Part shown: in pieces, positions 21,063 to 31,860 of the stretch
How the letters are laid out: each line of letters starts with the position of its first letter
Position numbering within the stretch: the stretch's first letter is position 1
Source: a bacterium
GTDB taxonomy: Bacteria > SZUA-182 > DTGQ01
Assembly (NCBI GenBank): GCA_040752695.1
Contig: JBFMGO010000013.1
Location: 15,858 to 79,857 of the forward strand
DNA length: 64,000 bases
Reading direction: 5' to 3'
The notes under the pieces: model-generated
What the model saw: only the letters and a program-made list of their open reading frames with translations
Databases searched by the model: none
What the model was told of the DNA's origin: nothing
Position numbers and translations under genes: made by a program

Positions 21063-22857
21063 AAGGCAACTGACCGAATCACGGGTTCTTCTCAAGATCT
21101 GCACCCTTCTTGAAGAAATGGACCTGTCCGGCTACCTGATCGGGGGGACTATCCGCGACCTTGTTCTGGATCGTCCGGTCAAGGATATCGATATTGCCAT
21201 TAACACCAACCCGGAATATTTCCTCAAGAGGCTGTCCAGAAAAGTTGCCGGACACTCGATATGCCTGGATAGAAAATTTTTCACCTTCCGGTTCATGCCA
21301 AAAGGCCAGAGTCTGATTTTTGAGCAGGGGCAGAAAGGTCAGGCCAGTGAGCAATGCCGGACAAAAAGGGGGCAGCAAACTCAGGACCAGCATCAGACTG
21401 AAAATCAGCACCAGGGCGAAAATCAGCACCAGTACTGGTTTGATTTCACACCTCTTAAAGGGGATTCCATTGCCATGGATCTGCTCAAAAGAGACTTTAC
21501 CATCAACGCCATGGCCATTGATCTTGAGGACCTCCTTACCCCCGATGCACCCTTGCGCCTGATCGATCCCCTTGGCGGAATCCGCGATCTGGCCAAAAGG
21601 ACCATACGGGCAATTTCCGAAGAGGCATTGAGCACTGACCCTTTAAGGATACTCAGGGCTTACCGGCTGGCAGGGCAATTGGAATTCGGGATCGAGGAGA
21701 AAACCAGGCAGCTTATCCACCGTGACGGTAATCTGGTCAAAAACACGGCACCTGAGAGAATCCGGGAAGAACTGTTTCTGGTTCTTTCTCTGGGAAAGAG
21801 CAGTTCTACCTTCAGGCTGCTTCAGCAAAACGGCCTCTTTCCTATCCTCTTCTCTCCTGATTTGCCAGAATTGCCGCAGAGAGAATCATCACCCGATGTT
21901 CCTGCCACAGCATGGTCCGCTGCCCTTCACACCCTGACCGTGGCCGAGGAAGTCCTCTCGAACCTGCCGATTGGCGATCCTGACTGCCTCCGGACAATTC
22001 AGGATATGCTCTCACAAACCGCAGGCCATCAAACAACCTATCGATCCCTCCTGAAACTGGCCGCCTTCCTCTCTGCCCTCCCTCAGGTGTGGACTCAAGG
22101 TCGGGCTCCGGCACGAACTCAAGGGCAGCAGGCAGGAGAGAATCAGCCGGGGGTTAATCAGGCTGAAGTGAATCAGGCGGGTATGAAACAAAAAGGTGAG
22201 AAACAGCAGGGAGTGAAACAGACCGGGAAGAACGTGAATTGGTTCGACTCGTTCATGAGGTGGCTGTGCCTCAGTACTCCCCAGCGCAAATACGCCACAG
22301 CCTGTATTCAGGGAATGCAAAGAGCATTTGAGATGATCCGAAACTGCCACTGCACCCCCAGGTATTTCTACCGCTTTTTTCGTGATTATGGTGAGGCAGG
22401 CATTGGCGCTTTGATCCTCAGTATGGCCCACCTGAAAGCTGCACGTGAAGCTGCTGCCGGAGGGGCTGGCGGCTGGCCTATCCCCCCTCCTGATATGGTG
22501 AGTGACATGATGAGCGTCCTGAACGCATGGTATGCCCCGGATGCCCTGACTGGGCCGGATGCCTTGACTGAGCCGGATGCCTTGGCCACTGCCCTGGATG
22601 CCTTGACTGACCTTTTTACCCAAATGATACGCTTTTACCATGACTGGCAGAAAAGCAGACAAAAACCCCTTGTGGATGGAAAATTCCTCCTTGACCATTT
22701 TCACCTTTCTCCAGGCCCTGTCATCGGCGATATCCTCAATCTTCTGGAAGAGGCCAGGGCTGAAGGGGAAATCCAAACCAGGGAGGAGGCCATAGAACTG
22801 GCCAGACGGTTTTTTCAGGCAGCAGATGGCTCTATCCATGCGTGCCCAAAACTATAG
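21013..22857 (+). CDS. Class II tRNA nucleotidyltransferase (probably CC-adding)
   Basis: GGTIRD..DIDIA, RDFTINAMA, DPLRILR, ERIREEL, C-terminal PGP..G..L domain. Confidence 0.88.
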   Translation: MPKNCNDISAPTLARIKRQLTESRVLLKICTLLEEMDLSGYLIGGTIRDLVLDRPVKDIDIAINTNPEYFLKRLSRKVAGHSICLDRKFFTFRFMPKGQSLIFEQGQKGQASEQCRTKRGQQTQDQHQTENQHQGENQHQYWFDFTPLKGDSIAMDLLKRDFTINAMAIDLEDLLTPDAPLRLIDPLGGIRDLAKRTIRAISEEALSTDPLRILRAYRLAGQLEFGIEEKTRQLIHRDGNLVKNTAPERIREELFLVLSLGKSSSTFRLLQQNGLFPILFSPDLPELPQRESSPDVPATAWSAALHTLTVAEEVLSNLPIGDPDCLRTIQDMLSQTAGHQTTYRSLLKLAAFLSALPQVWTQGRAPARTQGQQAGENQPGVNQAEVNQAGMKQKGEKQQGVKQTGKNVNWFDSFMRWLCLSTPQRKYATACIQGMQRAFEMIRNCHCTPRYFYRFFRDYGEAGIGALILSMAHLKAAREAAAGGAGGWPIPPPDMVSDMMSVLNAWYAPDALTGPDALTEPDALATALDALTDLFTQMIRFYHDWQKSRQKPLVDGKFLLDHFHLSPGPVIGDILNLLEEARAEGEIQTREEAIELARRFFQAADGSIHACPKL

Positions 22858-23082
22858 CTAAAGAGTCCACCAATTTTGTAACCGCCCTTGTCGGACTTTT
22901 TTCATTGCTATAGCCTTTGGCATCTCTTATCTACCTTCCCTTCTTATCGATGATAGTTATTACCTCTTCTATACTATTATTTTTAGCAGTGCAAAAGTCG
23001 AGCCCGTAATTTTAACCTTGCCGCCTGCTCTTATTTTCTGATATGATACGAACCGGAAAAAATTCCTGAAGGGAGCATTCTA

Positions 23083-23946
23083 TTGTTTATGAGAACGTCT
23101 TTAAACTGTTTTCCCTGCTTCATCCACCAGACCCTGAATGCCCTGGAAATGCTTGGGGCGGAAGGTTGTGTCCGGGAACGGGTGTTGCGGGAGGTACTCC
23201 ATCACTCCAGCAAGATAAGTCTTTTTGATCCTCCTCCTGCCATGGGCAAGGTAATTCACGATCTTATCCAGAAAGAATGCCGGGTACCGGACCCTTACCG
23301 GGATGTCAAAGAGCGGTTTAACCGTCTCGCTCTGGCCCTTTATCCTGATTTAGCCAAGAAAGTCAGGAATTCCCCTGATCCGCTCGATACGGCCGTACGG
23401 CTGGCCATTGCCGGTAATATCATTGACTTTGGAATTCATACCCGGCTGCAAATGTCTCAGGTACATCAATCTATCAAGGCTGCCCTGGATGCTTCACTGG
23501 AGCCCTCGGTTTTCAGGCTGTTCAGACAGTCAGTGAAAGAGGCAGGCCGGATCCTCTACCTGGGCGATAATGCCGGAGAGATTGTCTTTGACCGGCTTCT
23601 GATCGAAATTCTTCCCCATGAAAAGATTACTTTTGCGGTCAAGGGGGGGCCTATTATCAACGATGCTTTAAAAGAAGACGCCGAATTTGCAGGATTAACC
23701 GATCTTGTACCGGTCATCGACAATGGAGCGAACGCACCGGGAACGATCCTAAATTTATGCTCTCCGGAATTTGTCCGCACATTTCATCAGGCCGATCTGG
23801 TGATCGCCAAAGGGCAGGGAAATTTCGAGTCCTTAAACGATTCTCCCAAGAGGATTTTCTTTCTCCTCAAAGCCAAATGTTCGGTAGTGGCCGAGCATGT
23901 TGGTTGCGAGATGAATTCCATGCTCTTTTTGCCGCATCTTTCCTGA
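23083..23946 (+). CDS. DUF89/ARMT1-like metal-dependent phosphatase
   Basis: C..C N-terminus, GNIIDFG, DNAGEIVFD, PIINDA, AKGQGNFESL, KAKC. Confidence 0.92.
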   Translation: MFMRTSLNCFPCFIHQTLNALEMLGAEGCVRERVLREVLHHSSKISLFDPPPAMGKVIHDLIQKECRVPDPYRDVKERFNRLALALYPDLAKKVRNSPDPLDTAVRLAIAGNIIDFGIHTRLQMSQVHQSIKAALDASLEPSVFRLFRQSVKEAGRILYLGDNAGEIVFDRLLIEILPHEKITFAVKGGPIINDALKEDAEFAGLTDLVPVIDNGANAPGTILNLCSPEFVRTFHQADLVIAKGQGNFESLNDSPKRIFFLLKAKCSVVAEHVGCEMNSMLFLPHLS

Positions 23947-23968
23947 TAAAAGCTGAGGAGGAACAAAA

Positions 23969-24325
23969 GTGCTTATCGTCTACATTCTCGTAGGAATTAC
24001 AGCCGGTATGTTTGGTGGTTTTTTCGGGCTTGGTGGAGGGGTGATTATTATTCCCGCACTGATCTGCCTTTTTAAATACAGCCAGCATCAGGCCCAGGGT
24101 ACGGCCATTGCCACTTTGCTTCCCCCAATCGGGCTGCTCGCTGCACTCAAGTACTACAGGAGCGGATATGTACATGTCAAACCCGCCATCTTTATTTCTC
24201 TGGGCTTCTTTATCGGAGGATACCTTGGCGCATTGATCGCCACCAGGCTTTCTGCGGATAAGCTGCGGTTTTGCTTTGCCTGTCTGTTATTGATTCTTTC
24301 CCTCCGCCTGCTTTTCAGTAAGTAA
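23969..24325 (+). CDS. TauE/SafE (TSUP) family membrane protein, half-size
   Basis: GFFGLGGGVIIIPAL, QHQAQGT, LPPIGL. Confidence 0.88.
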   Translation: MLIVYILVGITAGMFGGFFGLGGGVIIIPALICLFKYSQHQAQGTAIATLLPPIGLLAALKYYRSGYVHVKPAIFISLGFFIGGYLGALIATRLSADKLRFCFACLLLILSLRLLFSK

Positions 24326-24401
24326 GTACCCGTTATGGGAAAAAAAATCACCGCTCATATGAAGGTCATATCGACGGACAGTACACCGGGAATAACGATG
24401 G

Positions 24402-26507
24402 ATGGAGAAACGAGAGAAAATGGTGAAGAGGCATGTATCGTTCATTCTGATCGTTTTTCTTCTTTGCTTTCCTGGTTGTGCGCCTTCCGGGTCCTCTGAC
24501 GGCTCTTCAACTCATGCTCTTTTGGTGCAGAATCCGGGGTTTGAGGACCTGCAACCATCCTCCATGCAGCCTGTCGGATGGTCCGCGCTGCCGGAGGGCT
24601 GGTCGATCGTTTCCAATAAAGCACATGCAGGGAAAAACAGCCTGCGGGTCCAAAACCACTCGTCTTCTTCATCCGGCCACCCTTCTCAGGAAATTTTCCT
24701 GTCTAGCCATAAGAGCTATCGAATCGGCCTCTGGGTCAAAGGGAAGGAATTGATCAGTCCCGGTCAGGGGCATGAGGGGGCCACCTTTTGCATCGAGTAT
24801 TTCGATGACAACTGGACCTGGCTTGGAGGAGTGGATTCGATTCCAGGACGTGCAGGCACCTTTGACTGGCAAAAGATCCTTGTAGAAGAGGTCATAATCC
24901 CTTCCCGATGGATGCAAAAACAAGTAGCCCACATCGTGCTCTCCCCCATGCTGATGGAAGGCACTACGGGCACTGCCTGGTTTGATGACCTTTCCATAGA
25001 AGAGTGTGTTCCGCCGCTCCTTCAGACCTTCCTGCTGGAGCCGAATTACCGAGGGATGTTGATGCTTGAATCATCGCCGCAAATCCGGCTTCGAGCAGTT
25101 CTGCATCCTGAAGAAGCCGGATTGAGCTTTCAGTCTCTGGCTCTTCACCTCTCTTTAGTCAATGATGCAAATGAGGAAACGGTGCAGGAGGCTGACTTCT
25201 TCCCGCTCGACGGCAGCAGGGAAGTCGAACTGTCTATGCCCCTCTCTGACCCTCTTTTGGAAGGAGACTATCATATAAAGGTACAGCTCAGAGAAAAAAA
25301 GGGGGATCACCTGCTCGCTGAAGTTGAACATCCACTCCGGGGAATCTCGGATTGCAGCATCTTTACTGCCTTTATTGATCGGGATAACCGGCTCTTGCGC
25401 CGTGGGATCCCCTCTTTCCCTTTGGGAATCTACACGGCCAATACCGAGCTTTCCGCCGATGACCTGAAAGCCGAGATCAGGAAAATTGCCGACAGTCCCT
25501 ATCATGTTCTTTTAAACTACAACACCCTTGCTCCCTTAAACTGGGAATGGCCGGGGAGTACGGACCAAGACAGGTATCACTTCATCCTGCATAATTATCT
25601 GGATGTTTTAGATGAATATGGTCTGAAAATTTTCTGCCCCCTCCCCTCCTCCGAACTATTTGATCTGCCTGAATCGGCTGCCCTGGAAAAAGTACACCAG
25701 ATCGTGAATGCACTGAAAAGCCACCCTGCCATACTGGGCTGGTACACCAATGACGAGATCGGACCGGCTTACTACCATCAACTGATGGCTTATGACCGGG
25801 CAATAGCGGCTTTAGATCCCGATCACCCTACCTGGTCGGTCCAATATCAGCTTCAAGTTCTGGAGCGGATGGCACAGACCACTGATATTCTCGGTGTGGA
25901 CCCGTATCCGGTCCCCCATACACCGCTGGTCTACGTGGCCGAGGCAGCAGAGGCAGCCCGCGAAGCGGGGCAGGGAGTTAAGCCCTTCTGGATGGTTATT
26001 CAGGCGCATGGGAATCCGATGCCGGTTGACCAAAGACAGAGGCCCACGCAAGAGGAGGTTCTGTGCATGACCTATCTTGGCCTGATTCATGGAGCCCGCG
26101 GTCTTTTCTACTATTCTTATTTCGATATCTGGCGTTTACCAGATGCAGCGGCCCGATGGGAATGGCTGAAAGAAATCGGTACCGAGGTAAAATCGCTTGA
26201 GCAGACCCTGCTTTGCGGGGTGGAGGTTACAGGCATGTCATGCAGCCAGCCGGTGATTCACTTTGTGGTAAAGCGCCATCAGGATACCTTCTACCTTTTC
26301 ATGACCAACCCGTCAGATATCAGAATCCAGGCTGCCTTTACAGGAAGCGGTCATCTTACCCTTAAAGAGCCACTCCGGGATTTCCTGCAGCCCGAAGAGA
26401 GCGGGCCGCAGGAAGTCATCCGGAATAACGGGTTTATCGTTACGCTGCCGCCTTTGGGCAGGCGGGTTTATTCCTGGCCGGCAGTGACCAATTCTGCAGG
26501 AACATAG
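24402..26507 (+). CDS. Lipoprotein with CBM4/9-like domain and glycoside-hydrolase-like TIM barrel
   Basis: Lipobox FPGC; NPGFE..W..GTAWFDD; HPAILGWYTNDE, DILGVDPYP, HGARGLFYY. Confidence 0.7.
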   Translation: MEKREKMVKRHVSFILIVFLLCFPGCAPSGSSDGSSTHALLVQNPGFEDLQPSSMQPVGWSALPEGWSIVSNKAHAGKNSLRVQNHSSSSSGHPSQEIFLSSHKSYRIGLWVKGKELISPGQGHEGATFCIEYFDDNWTWLGGVDSIPGRAGTFDWQKILVEEVIIPSRWMQKQVAHIVLSPMLMEGTTGTAWFDDLSIEECVPPLLQTFLLEPNYRGMLMLESSPQIRLRAVLHPEEAGLSFQSLALHLSLVNDANEETVQEADFFPLDGSREVELSMPLSDPLLEGDYHIKVQLREKKGDHLLAEVEHPLRGISDCSIFTAFIDRDNRLLRRGIPSFPLGIYTANTELSADDLKAEIRKIADSPYHVLLNYNTLAPLNWEWPGSTDQDRYHFILHNYLDVLDEYGLKIFCPLPSSELFDLPESAALEKVHQIVNALKSHPAILGWYTNDEIGPAYYHQLMAYDRAIAALDPDHPTWSVQYQLQVLERMAQTTDILGVDPYPVPHTPLVYVAEAAEAAREAGQGVKPFWMVIQAHGNPMPVDQRQRPTQEEVLCMTYLGLIHGARGLFYYSYFDIWRLPDAAARWEWLKEIGTEVKSLEQTLLCGVEVTGMSCSQPVIHFVVKRHQDTFYLFMTNPSDIRIQAAFTGSGHLTLKEPLRDFLQPEESGPQEVIRNNGFIVTLPPLGRRVYSWPAVTNSAGT

Positions 26508-27862
26508 CTGGAACTTCCGGTATTGCCGGCTGCATAGCCCTGACGCTGACTGTAGCGCAGGGAATTGGGCCGGACCGGACATTCTTCGGCAATTTTGAAG
26601 CCGTCGATGATCTTCTTGTCCCGCAGCTCATACAGGCGGGGAACCATGATATCACGCAGATCAGTCAGCCCCATCGGATTGATAAAGATCTTGGTTCCAC
26701 CTTCAAAGCCGGCGGGTGTATTGACTCTCCACTTAATGAGGATGTGCCAGGGCATGGGGATGATTGCATCCCGTGGGCAGTAATACCATTCCTCGTTACA
26801 GGAAATAGCGGTCCCCATGGCTGCGTGGCAGGCATGCACCAGATCGCTGAAACCCCGCAATTCCTCGTCAGTATGCTCATTGGGCCTCAGATGCTCGCTC
26901 TTGGAATAAATTACCAGAGTGGGATGCACGTGGCCAACATCCACAAATGCCATGGCATAATCGTTTTCAGCAATGACCAGATTATTATAGCAGGCAAAAT
27001 TGGCTGCCATGTCATTGTAAATATTCGGATGGGATTGCACCAGGGCCAGTTCCTGCTCAACCGATGTACCCCACTCGTCCAGGGCAACCAGTTGCTTGTG
27101 CAGATGGTCGAAGGATGCTCCTGCATCCCGCAGCCAGTTTTGGAAGATACTGATGTAGCGGACATACCGGTTCTGGGCATAGATGTCTTCCATGGCATCG
27201 ATGGTGAATTTAAAGTACTGGAAATGTTCTTCCTGGGTAAGCTCACCTGAAGAGCACAGATCGATATCATACTGCGCACCCGGCTTCAGGTGCCTGGCCG
27301 CTACGATCAATTCATGTCCGCCGCTGAAAAAGGCATTGGCCAGCCTCAGTTTTTCTTCAATGGGCTTGGAAAAAATTTCATCCGGTGTCAGGCCGGACAG
27401 CTTCAATTTCAGTTCGATAATACCCAGTACATGCCGCAATCCTTCATCACTGGAAACATATCGCTGTTTCCACTCTTTATTTACGCCATCCAGCTTATAA
27501 TTATAGTTTTTTTCCCAATAATCTGTGGTCACGATCTCAAAAAGGTTGGGGATTCGTCGAAACTCAGCTTCCTCAGAAAAAACCCTCTCCGCGTCCAACC
27601 GGCTTAATATCTCATAGCCCCGCTCGGTTTTTACAAGACGGGCTTTTTCCGGCGGGGTATTCTTATAATTAGCGGAACAGAAATTACAATAGTTTTCCGG
27701 ATATCGTGGCGTAATTTCCTTGGGTGCTGTCTTGAAGCTGTTATAACTGGGTTTATTTTTCCGTCCGGGAATTGTCCAGACCTCTCTTCCGGTAAAGGGA
27801 TTAATCTGTTTTCCTGTCCCGTCCGGCATCACGCGATAAATCATCTTGTGTAAACGATACAT
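26468..27862 (-). CDS. DUF4921 family protein (GalT/HIT-like nucleotidyltransferase)
   Basis: PDGT.KQINPFTG.EVWT.PGR, FQNWL..AGASFDHLHKQLV, AGFEGGTKI. Confidence 0.85.
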   Translation of the reverse strand: MYRLHKMIYRVMPDGTGKQINPFTGREVWTIPGRKNKPSYNSFKTAPKEITPRYPENYCNFCSANYKNTPPEKARLVKTERGYEILSRLDAERVFSEEAEFRRIPNLFEIVTTDYWEKNYNYKLDGVNKEWKQRYVSSDEGLRHVLGIIELKLKLSGLTPDEIFSKPIEEKLRLANAFFSGGHELIVAARHLKPGAQYDIDLCSSGELTQEEHFQYFKFTIDAMEDIYAQNRYVRYISIFQNWLRDAGASFDHLHKQLVALDEWGTSVEQELALVQSHPNIYNDMAANFACYNNLVIAENDYAMAFVDVGHVHPTLVIYSKSEHLRPNEHTDEELRGFSDLVHACHAAMGTAISCNEEWYYCPRDAIIPMPWHILIKWRVNTPAGFEGGTKIFINPMGLTDLRDIMVPRLYELRDKKIIDGFKIAEECPVRPNSLRYSQRQGYAAGNTGSSSYVPAELVTAGQE

Positions 27863-28471
27863 ATTTGATCACCTCATTGTTAGGGAAAATGAATAAGAGA
27901 ACCTTGGCAGATACTCATCAGATGACTTTAGAAACTCCTCCTTCCCTCTTCAAGCTCTTCTTTCAACAAAAATCCCGGTCTCCTTTCGCAAGCTGTCAGC
28001 AGGTGGTCAAAAGGCTCATAATTTTCCTCTGATTCCATGAAAATATCCTTTTGTTTATGGTACCTAATTCTGGATTTTTGAGTCAAGCTTTTCTCGTGGC
28101 AAGAAAATCGCGATGCCTTTTAGGGATAAACATTGGTTCTATCTGGTCACTAGTATAATCAAAGATATTCCCGCTTGTTCTGCCTGAAAGTATTATCGAC
28201 ATAATCTCGCCATGAATATGGATACAATCGTGAGAAAATCTGCGAAAAGATAACACTGCGAGGAGGAACTGGTCTCGTGCAAGAAGTAAAGGTTCTTTCT
28301 TATTGCCTTCATTACCAAAAATAAAAAGTTATTTGTCGATTTCGGTTTTTAACTCCTGATAGCGTTCAGGCTAATTTTATTCCACTATCAAAAAGATAGT
28401 CAAGGTAAATCTGCATGCCGGGCATAAAAAAAATACCTGTCTGTCAGACTATCGCGTTTTTTTCAGTCAGC

Positions 28472-28487
28472 AGGCATAATTTATGCT
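28472..28487 (+). promoter_or_regulatory. possible sigma54 promoter (AGGCATAATTTATGCT)
   Basis: GG-N10-GC about 150 bp upstream of the sulfatase-TPR gene. Confidence 0.35.
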
Positions 28488-28634
28488 TCTTAACATATAA
28501 AAATGAAGAAACTTGTCATCTCCGGTTATTTGTATTAGAATAAAAATTTATGACAATGCATTAAAATTATGCAATCATGATAACTCAAACGCAATCTATT
28601 TCCACCACGAGTCATAAATGAGAGGGCACAAGAA

Positions 28635-31496
28635 ATGGGAATGAGTAAAAGAAGAGCTTTGCTCTGGTGTGCAGGTATGGTTTTGGTTTTTTTTACATAC
28701 GGTTGTCAGCACCTTAACACTGGCATCCAGCAGGTTGCAGCACCCGAATGTAATGTCATTATTGTCACTCTTGATACCTTAAGAGCCGATCATCTGGGCT
28801 GTTATGGAAATACGAAGATAAAGACTCCTTATATCGATTCCCTGGCCAAAGAAGGCGTACGATTCAGCCGGACCTATACGCCGGTGCCGGTAACTTTGCC
28901 TTCACATACCTCCATCATGACCGGTCTTTATCCCGTATACCATAAGGTGCGGAACAACGGCACCTTCGAGGCGAGCGAACAACTGGAAACCCTGGCTGAG
29001 GTATTGAAGAAAAAAGGTTTCCACACCGCAGCCTTTATCGGCTCCTTTGTTCTGGACAGCCGGTACGGATTGGGACAGGGGTTTGATTATTACGATGATT
29101 ATCTGGAAAGAGATTCTAATCAGTCGATCATGGTGTATAACGAGAGACCGGCCGGTGATGTAGTCAAATCGGCTAACCAGTGGCTTGAGAAGAATAGCGG
29201 GAGTCGTTTTTTCATGTGGCTGCATTGTTTCGATCCTCATGCGCCCTATGATCCTCCCCTGCCTTTCAGTAAAATTTACCAGAAAAATCTCTATAACGGT
29301 GAGATTGCCTATGCCGATTATGCCCTGGGAAGATTATTGGCCACCCTCAAGAAAAAGAACCTGCTCGATGAGACTCTGATCGTGATTACCGCAGATCACG
29401 GAGAAGGACTCGGTGAGCACGAAGAAAAGACACACGCGATTTTCATTTATGATGCAACCTTGCACGTTCCTCTTATCATGCGCTATCCCAAGGCCATTCC
29501 AGCCGGTCTGACTGTCCAGAATACAACATCGGTTATCGATATCATGCCCACCATTCTGGATATCCTCAAGGTGAAAGACAAGCCCCAGTGTGAAGGAACA
29601 AGTCTTTTCAATCTTATACAGGGGGAGAAGGAATTTCCCCGCCATGAACTGCTGTGCGAAACCTTTTATCCTCTCTATAATCATAACTGGAGCCCGATGG
29701 AAGGACTCAGAACCGAACAGTGGAAATATATCAAGGCACCCAGGCCCGAGCTTTACGATCTGAAAAACGATCCGGGTGAAAAGGTTAACCTCTATGACCG
29801 GAAAAAAGACCTGGCTACGGAATTAGATGCCCGGATGAGAGAGCTGCAAAAGGAAAATTCACCATCAAAGGATGAATTTTCCGGCAATTTCAAAATGGAC
29901 AAGGATACCCAGGACCGGCTCAAAAGTCTTGGTTATGTCTGGACCATACCGGCAGACACCAAGGACAGCACTAAGAAGGACTATTACTCTTTGCCGGACC
30001 CCAAGGACATGATCGCCACCCTTGAATACCTGAACACGGGAACCTTTTACTATACGCAGGGAAATTACGATAAGGCAGTCGAACAATTTCAATTGATGCT
30101 CAAGGCCAACCCAAAGGATGTATTCACCCATTTTGTCCTGGGGTACATTTATGACAAGCAGGGTCTTACGGACCAGGCCATTCAGGAACTGCAAGAATCC
30201 ATACGGCTGGACCCCTCCTATATCAACGCTTATAATAACCTCGGAACCATCTATAACCGCCTTGGAAGGCAGAAAGAGGCGCTCGACGTATTCAAAATAG
30301 CTTTGCAGTTGAACCCTGATTATCTGGAAGTGCATGATAACCTGGGAGTAGTCTATTTCGCCCTCGGTGAATATGACAAGGCGCTGGAATCATTCCAAAG
30401 GGCAGCAGAAATCAACCCCAACGGGTACGAGTACTATAATAACATGGGAAGCGTGTACCTGGCCAAAGGTGATTATGAGAACGGGGAGAAAATGATTTTG
30501 AAAGCTCTGGAACTCAACCCAAAGACTGTCGATGGCCTGAATAATCTGGGAAGTATTTACATTAACCAGGGGAAATATTCTCAGGCCATTGAAAAATTTC
30601 AGGAATTAGTCGAGCTCGATCCCAATCATGCTGACGGATGGACGAACCTTGGAACAGCATTTCTTGGAAGTGGAAAATTCGACGAAGCCCAAAAAGCGCT
30701 GGAAAGAGCTATCCATATCAAACCCGCTGTTCCTAAAGCTTATGGGTCCCTGGGAACGCTCTTCATGAAGCAGGGGAAATCTTACCAGGCAGTGGAGCAA
30801 TTTCAGAAGTCTCTCAATCTGGAGCCGGATTCTTCAGAGGCCCACTACAACCTGGGCATTGCCTATTACAGCAACGGCCAGATTAACCAGGCTATTGAGG
30901 AGTACAACCGCGCCATCGCCCTTGATCCCCAAAATCCTTCTGCCCATGTCAACTTAGGCATCGTGTATTTCGCTACGGGACAGATCGATAAGAGCCAGGA
31001 CGAGTATCAAAAGGCACTCAGCCTTGATCCGCACCACCTGGAAGCCCTGATCAACCTTGGCGTAATCTACTACAACAAGGGAGAATATGACCTGGCTATC
31101 AAAACATACCAGGATGCCCTGCTCGTTAATCCGAACAGCATTCAACCCTATGTGAATATGGGACTGGCTTACCTGGCCAAGGGAATGACCAGGGAAGCGA
31201 TCGCCGAGTACCAGAAAGCCCTTAAGATCAACCCCCGGAATCTGGAGGTTCACGTCAACCTGGCCAGCGCGTATTTTAACCTGGGTGAATACCCCAGCGC
31301 CCTGGCCGAGTATCTGAGTATTACGGAGCTTGATCCGAAAAATCCGTTAGGCTTCTATGGCCTTGGATACAGCTATTTTTATCAGGGCCTCTTCGATCAG
31401 GCAATATCGGCTCTTCAGAATGCACTGCGTTTAAAACCGGACTACCTGGAAGCCCGCCTCCTTTTGGATAAGGCCCTCTCCATAAAAAAAAATTAG
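28635..31496 (+). CDS. Sulfatase/alkaline-phosphatase-superfamily lipoprotein with long TPR array
   Basis: Lipobox TYGC; LDTLRADHL, TLPSH, DPHAPY, ADHGEG; about 14 TPR repeats. Confidence 0.92.
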   Translation: MGMSKRRALLWCAGMVLVFFTYGCQHLNTGIQQVAAPECNVIIVTLDTLRADHLGCYGNTKIKTPYIDSLAKEGVRFSRTYTPVPVTLPSHTSIMTGLYPVYHKVRNNGTFEASEQLETLAEVLKKKGFHTAAFIGSFVLDSRYGLGQGFDYYDDYLERDSNQSIMVYNERPAGDVVKSANQWLEKNSGSRFFMWLHCFDPHAPYDPPLPFSKIYQKNLYNGEIAYADYALGRLLATLKKKNLLDETLIVITADHGEGLGEHEEKTHAIFIYDATLHVPLIMRYPKAIPAGLTVQNTTSVIDIMPTILDILKVKDKPQCEGTSLFNLIQGEKEFPRHELLCETFYPLYNHNWSPMEGLRTEQWKYIKAPRPELYDLKNDPGEKVNLYDRKKDLATELDARMRELQKENSPSKDEFSGNFKMDKDTQDRLKSLGYVWTIPADTKDSTKKDYYSLPDPKDMIATLEYLNTGTFYYTQGNYDKAVEQFQLMLKANPKDVFTHFVLGYIYDKQGLTDQAIQELQESIRLDPSYINAYNNLGTIYNRLGRQKEALDVFKIALQLNPDYLEVHDNLGVVYFALGEYDKALESFQRAAEINPNGYEYYNNMGSVYLAKGDYENGEKMILKALELNPKTVDGLNNLGSIYINQGKYSQAIEKFQELVELDPNHADGWTNLGTAFLGSGKFDEAQKALERAIHIKPAVPKAYGSLGTLFMKQGKSYQAVEQFQKSLNLEPDSSEAHYNLGIAYYSNGQINQAIEEYNRAIALDPQNPSAHVNLGIVYFATGQIDKSQDEYQKALSLDPHHLEALINLGVIYYNKGEYDLAIKTYQDALLVNPNSIQPYVNMGLAYLAKGMTREAIAEYQKALKINPRNLEVHVNLASAYFNLGEYPSALAEYLSITELDPKNPLGFYGLGYSYFYQGLFDQAISALQNALRLKPDYLEARLLLDKALSIKKN

Positions 31497-31529
31497 AAAT
31501 GCCGGATTGAGAAGCCGTCAAAAAGCAGG

Positions 31530-31566
31530 GACAAAAAAGAGGGTGTGTCTCACCCTCTTTTTTGTC
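31530..31566. terminator. Rho-independent terminator
   Basis: GACAAAAAAGAGGGTG/CACCCTCTTTTTTGTC inverted repeat after the stop at 31496. Confidence 0.85.
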
Positions 31567-31785
31567 TCGTAAAGTTGTCCGCAAAAAAAACCACGCCTTG
31601 CACAAATAACCCGTCCCTTCCTGTCTTTTTACCCTGGTATGTGTAGTCTGCCGCTCTTGTAGTCTGCCGCAGCGGCGAACCGCATTACTCAACGATCGAA
31701 GCCATTATCACCGCCCATAAAGACTGTTTCTCCGACAGGCTGCCAGGTGACAAATTTTAAAAAATTTAAAATATATATTCACTAT

Positions 31786-31815
31786 TTGACATTAGATACT
31801 TTATTTTAGTATACT
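31786..31815 (+). promoter_or_regulatory. sigma70 promoter
   Basis: TTGACA-N18-TATACT with an AT-rich UP region, upstream of the NHL gene. Confidence 0.6.
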
Positions 31816-31860
31816 ATTACAGTACATAGGTTATAGGTATAATTATTAATTATAAATTAA

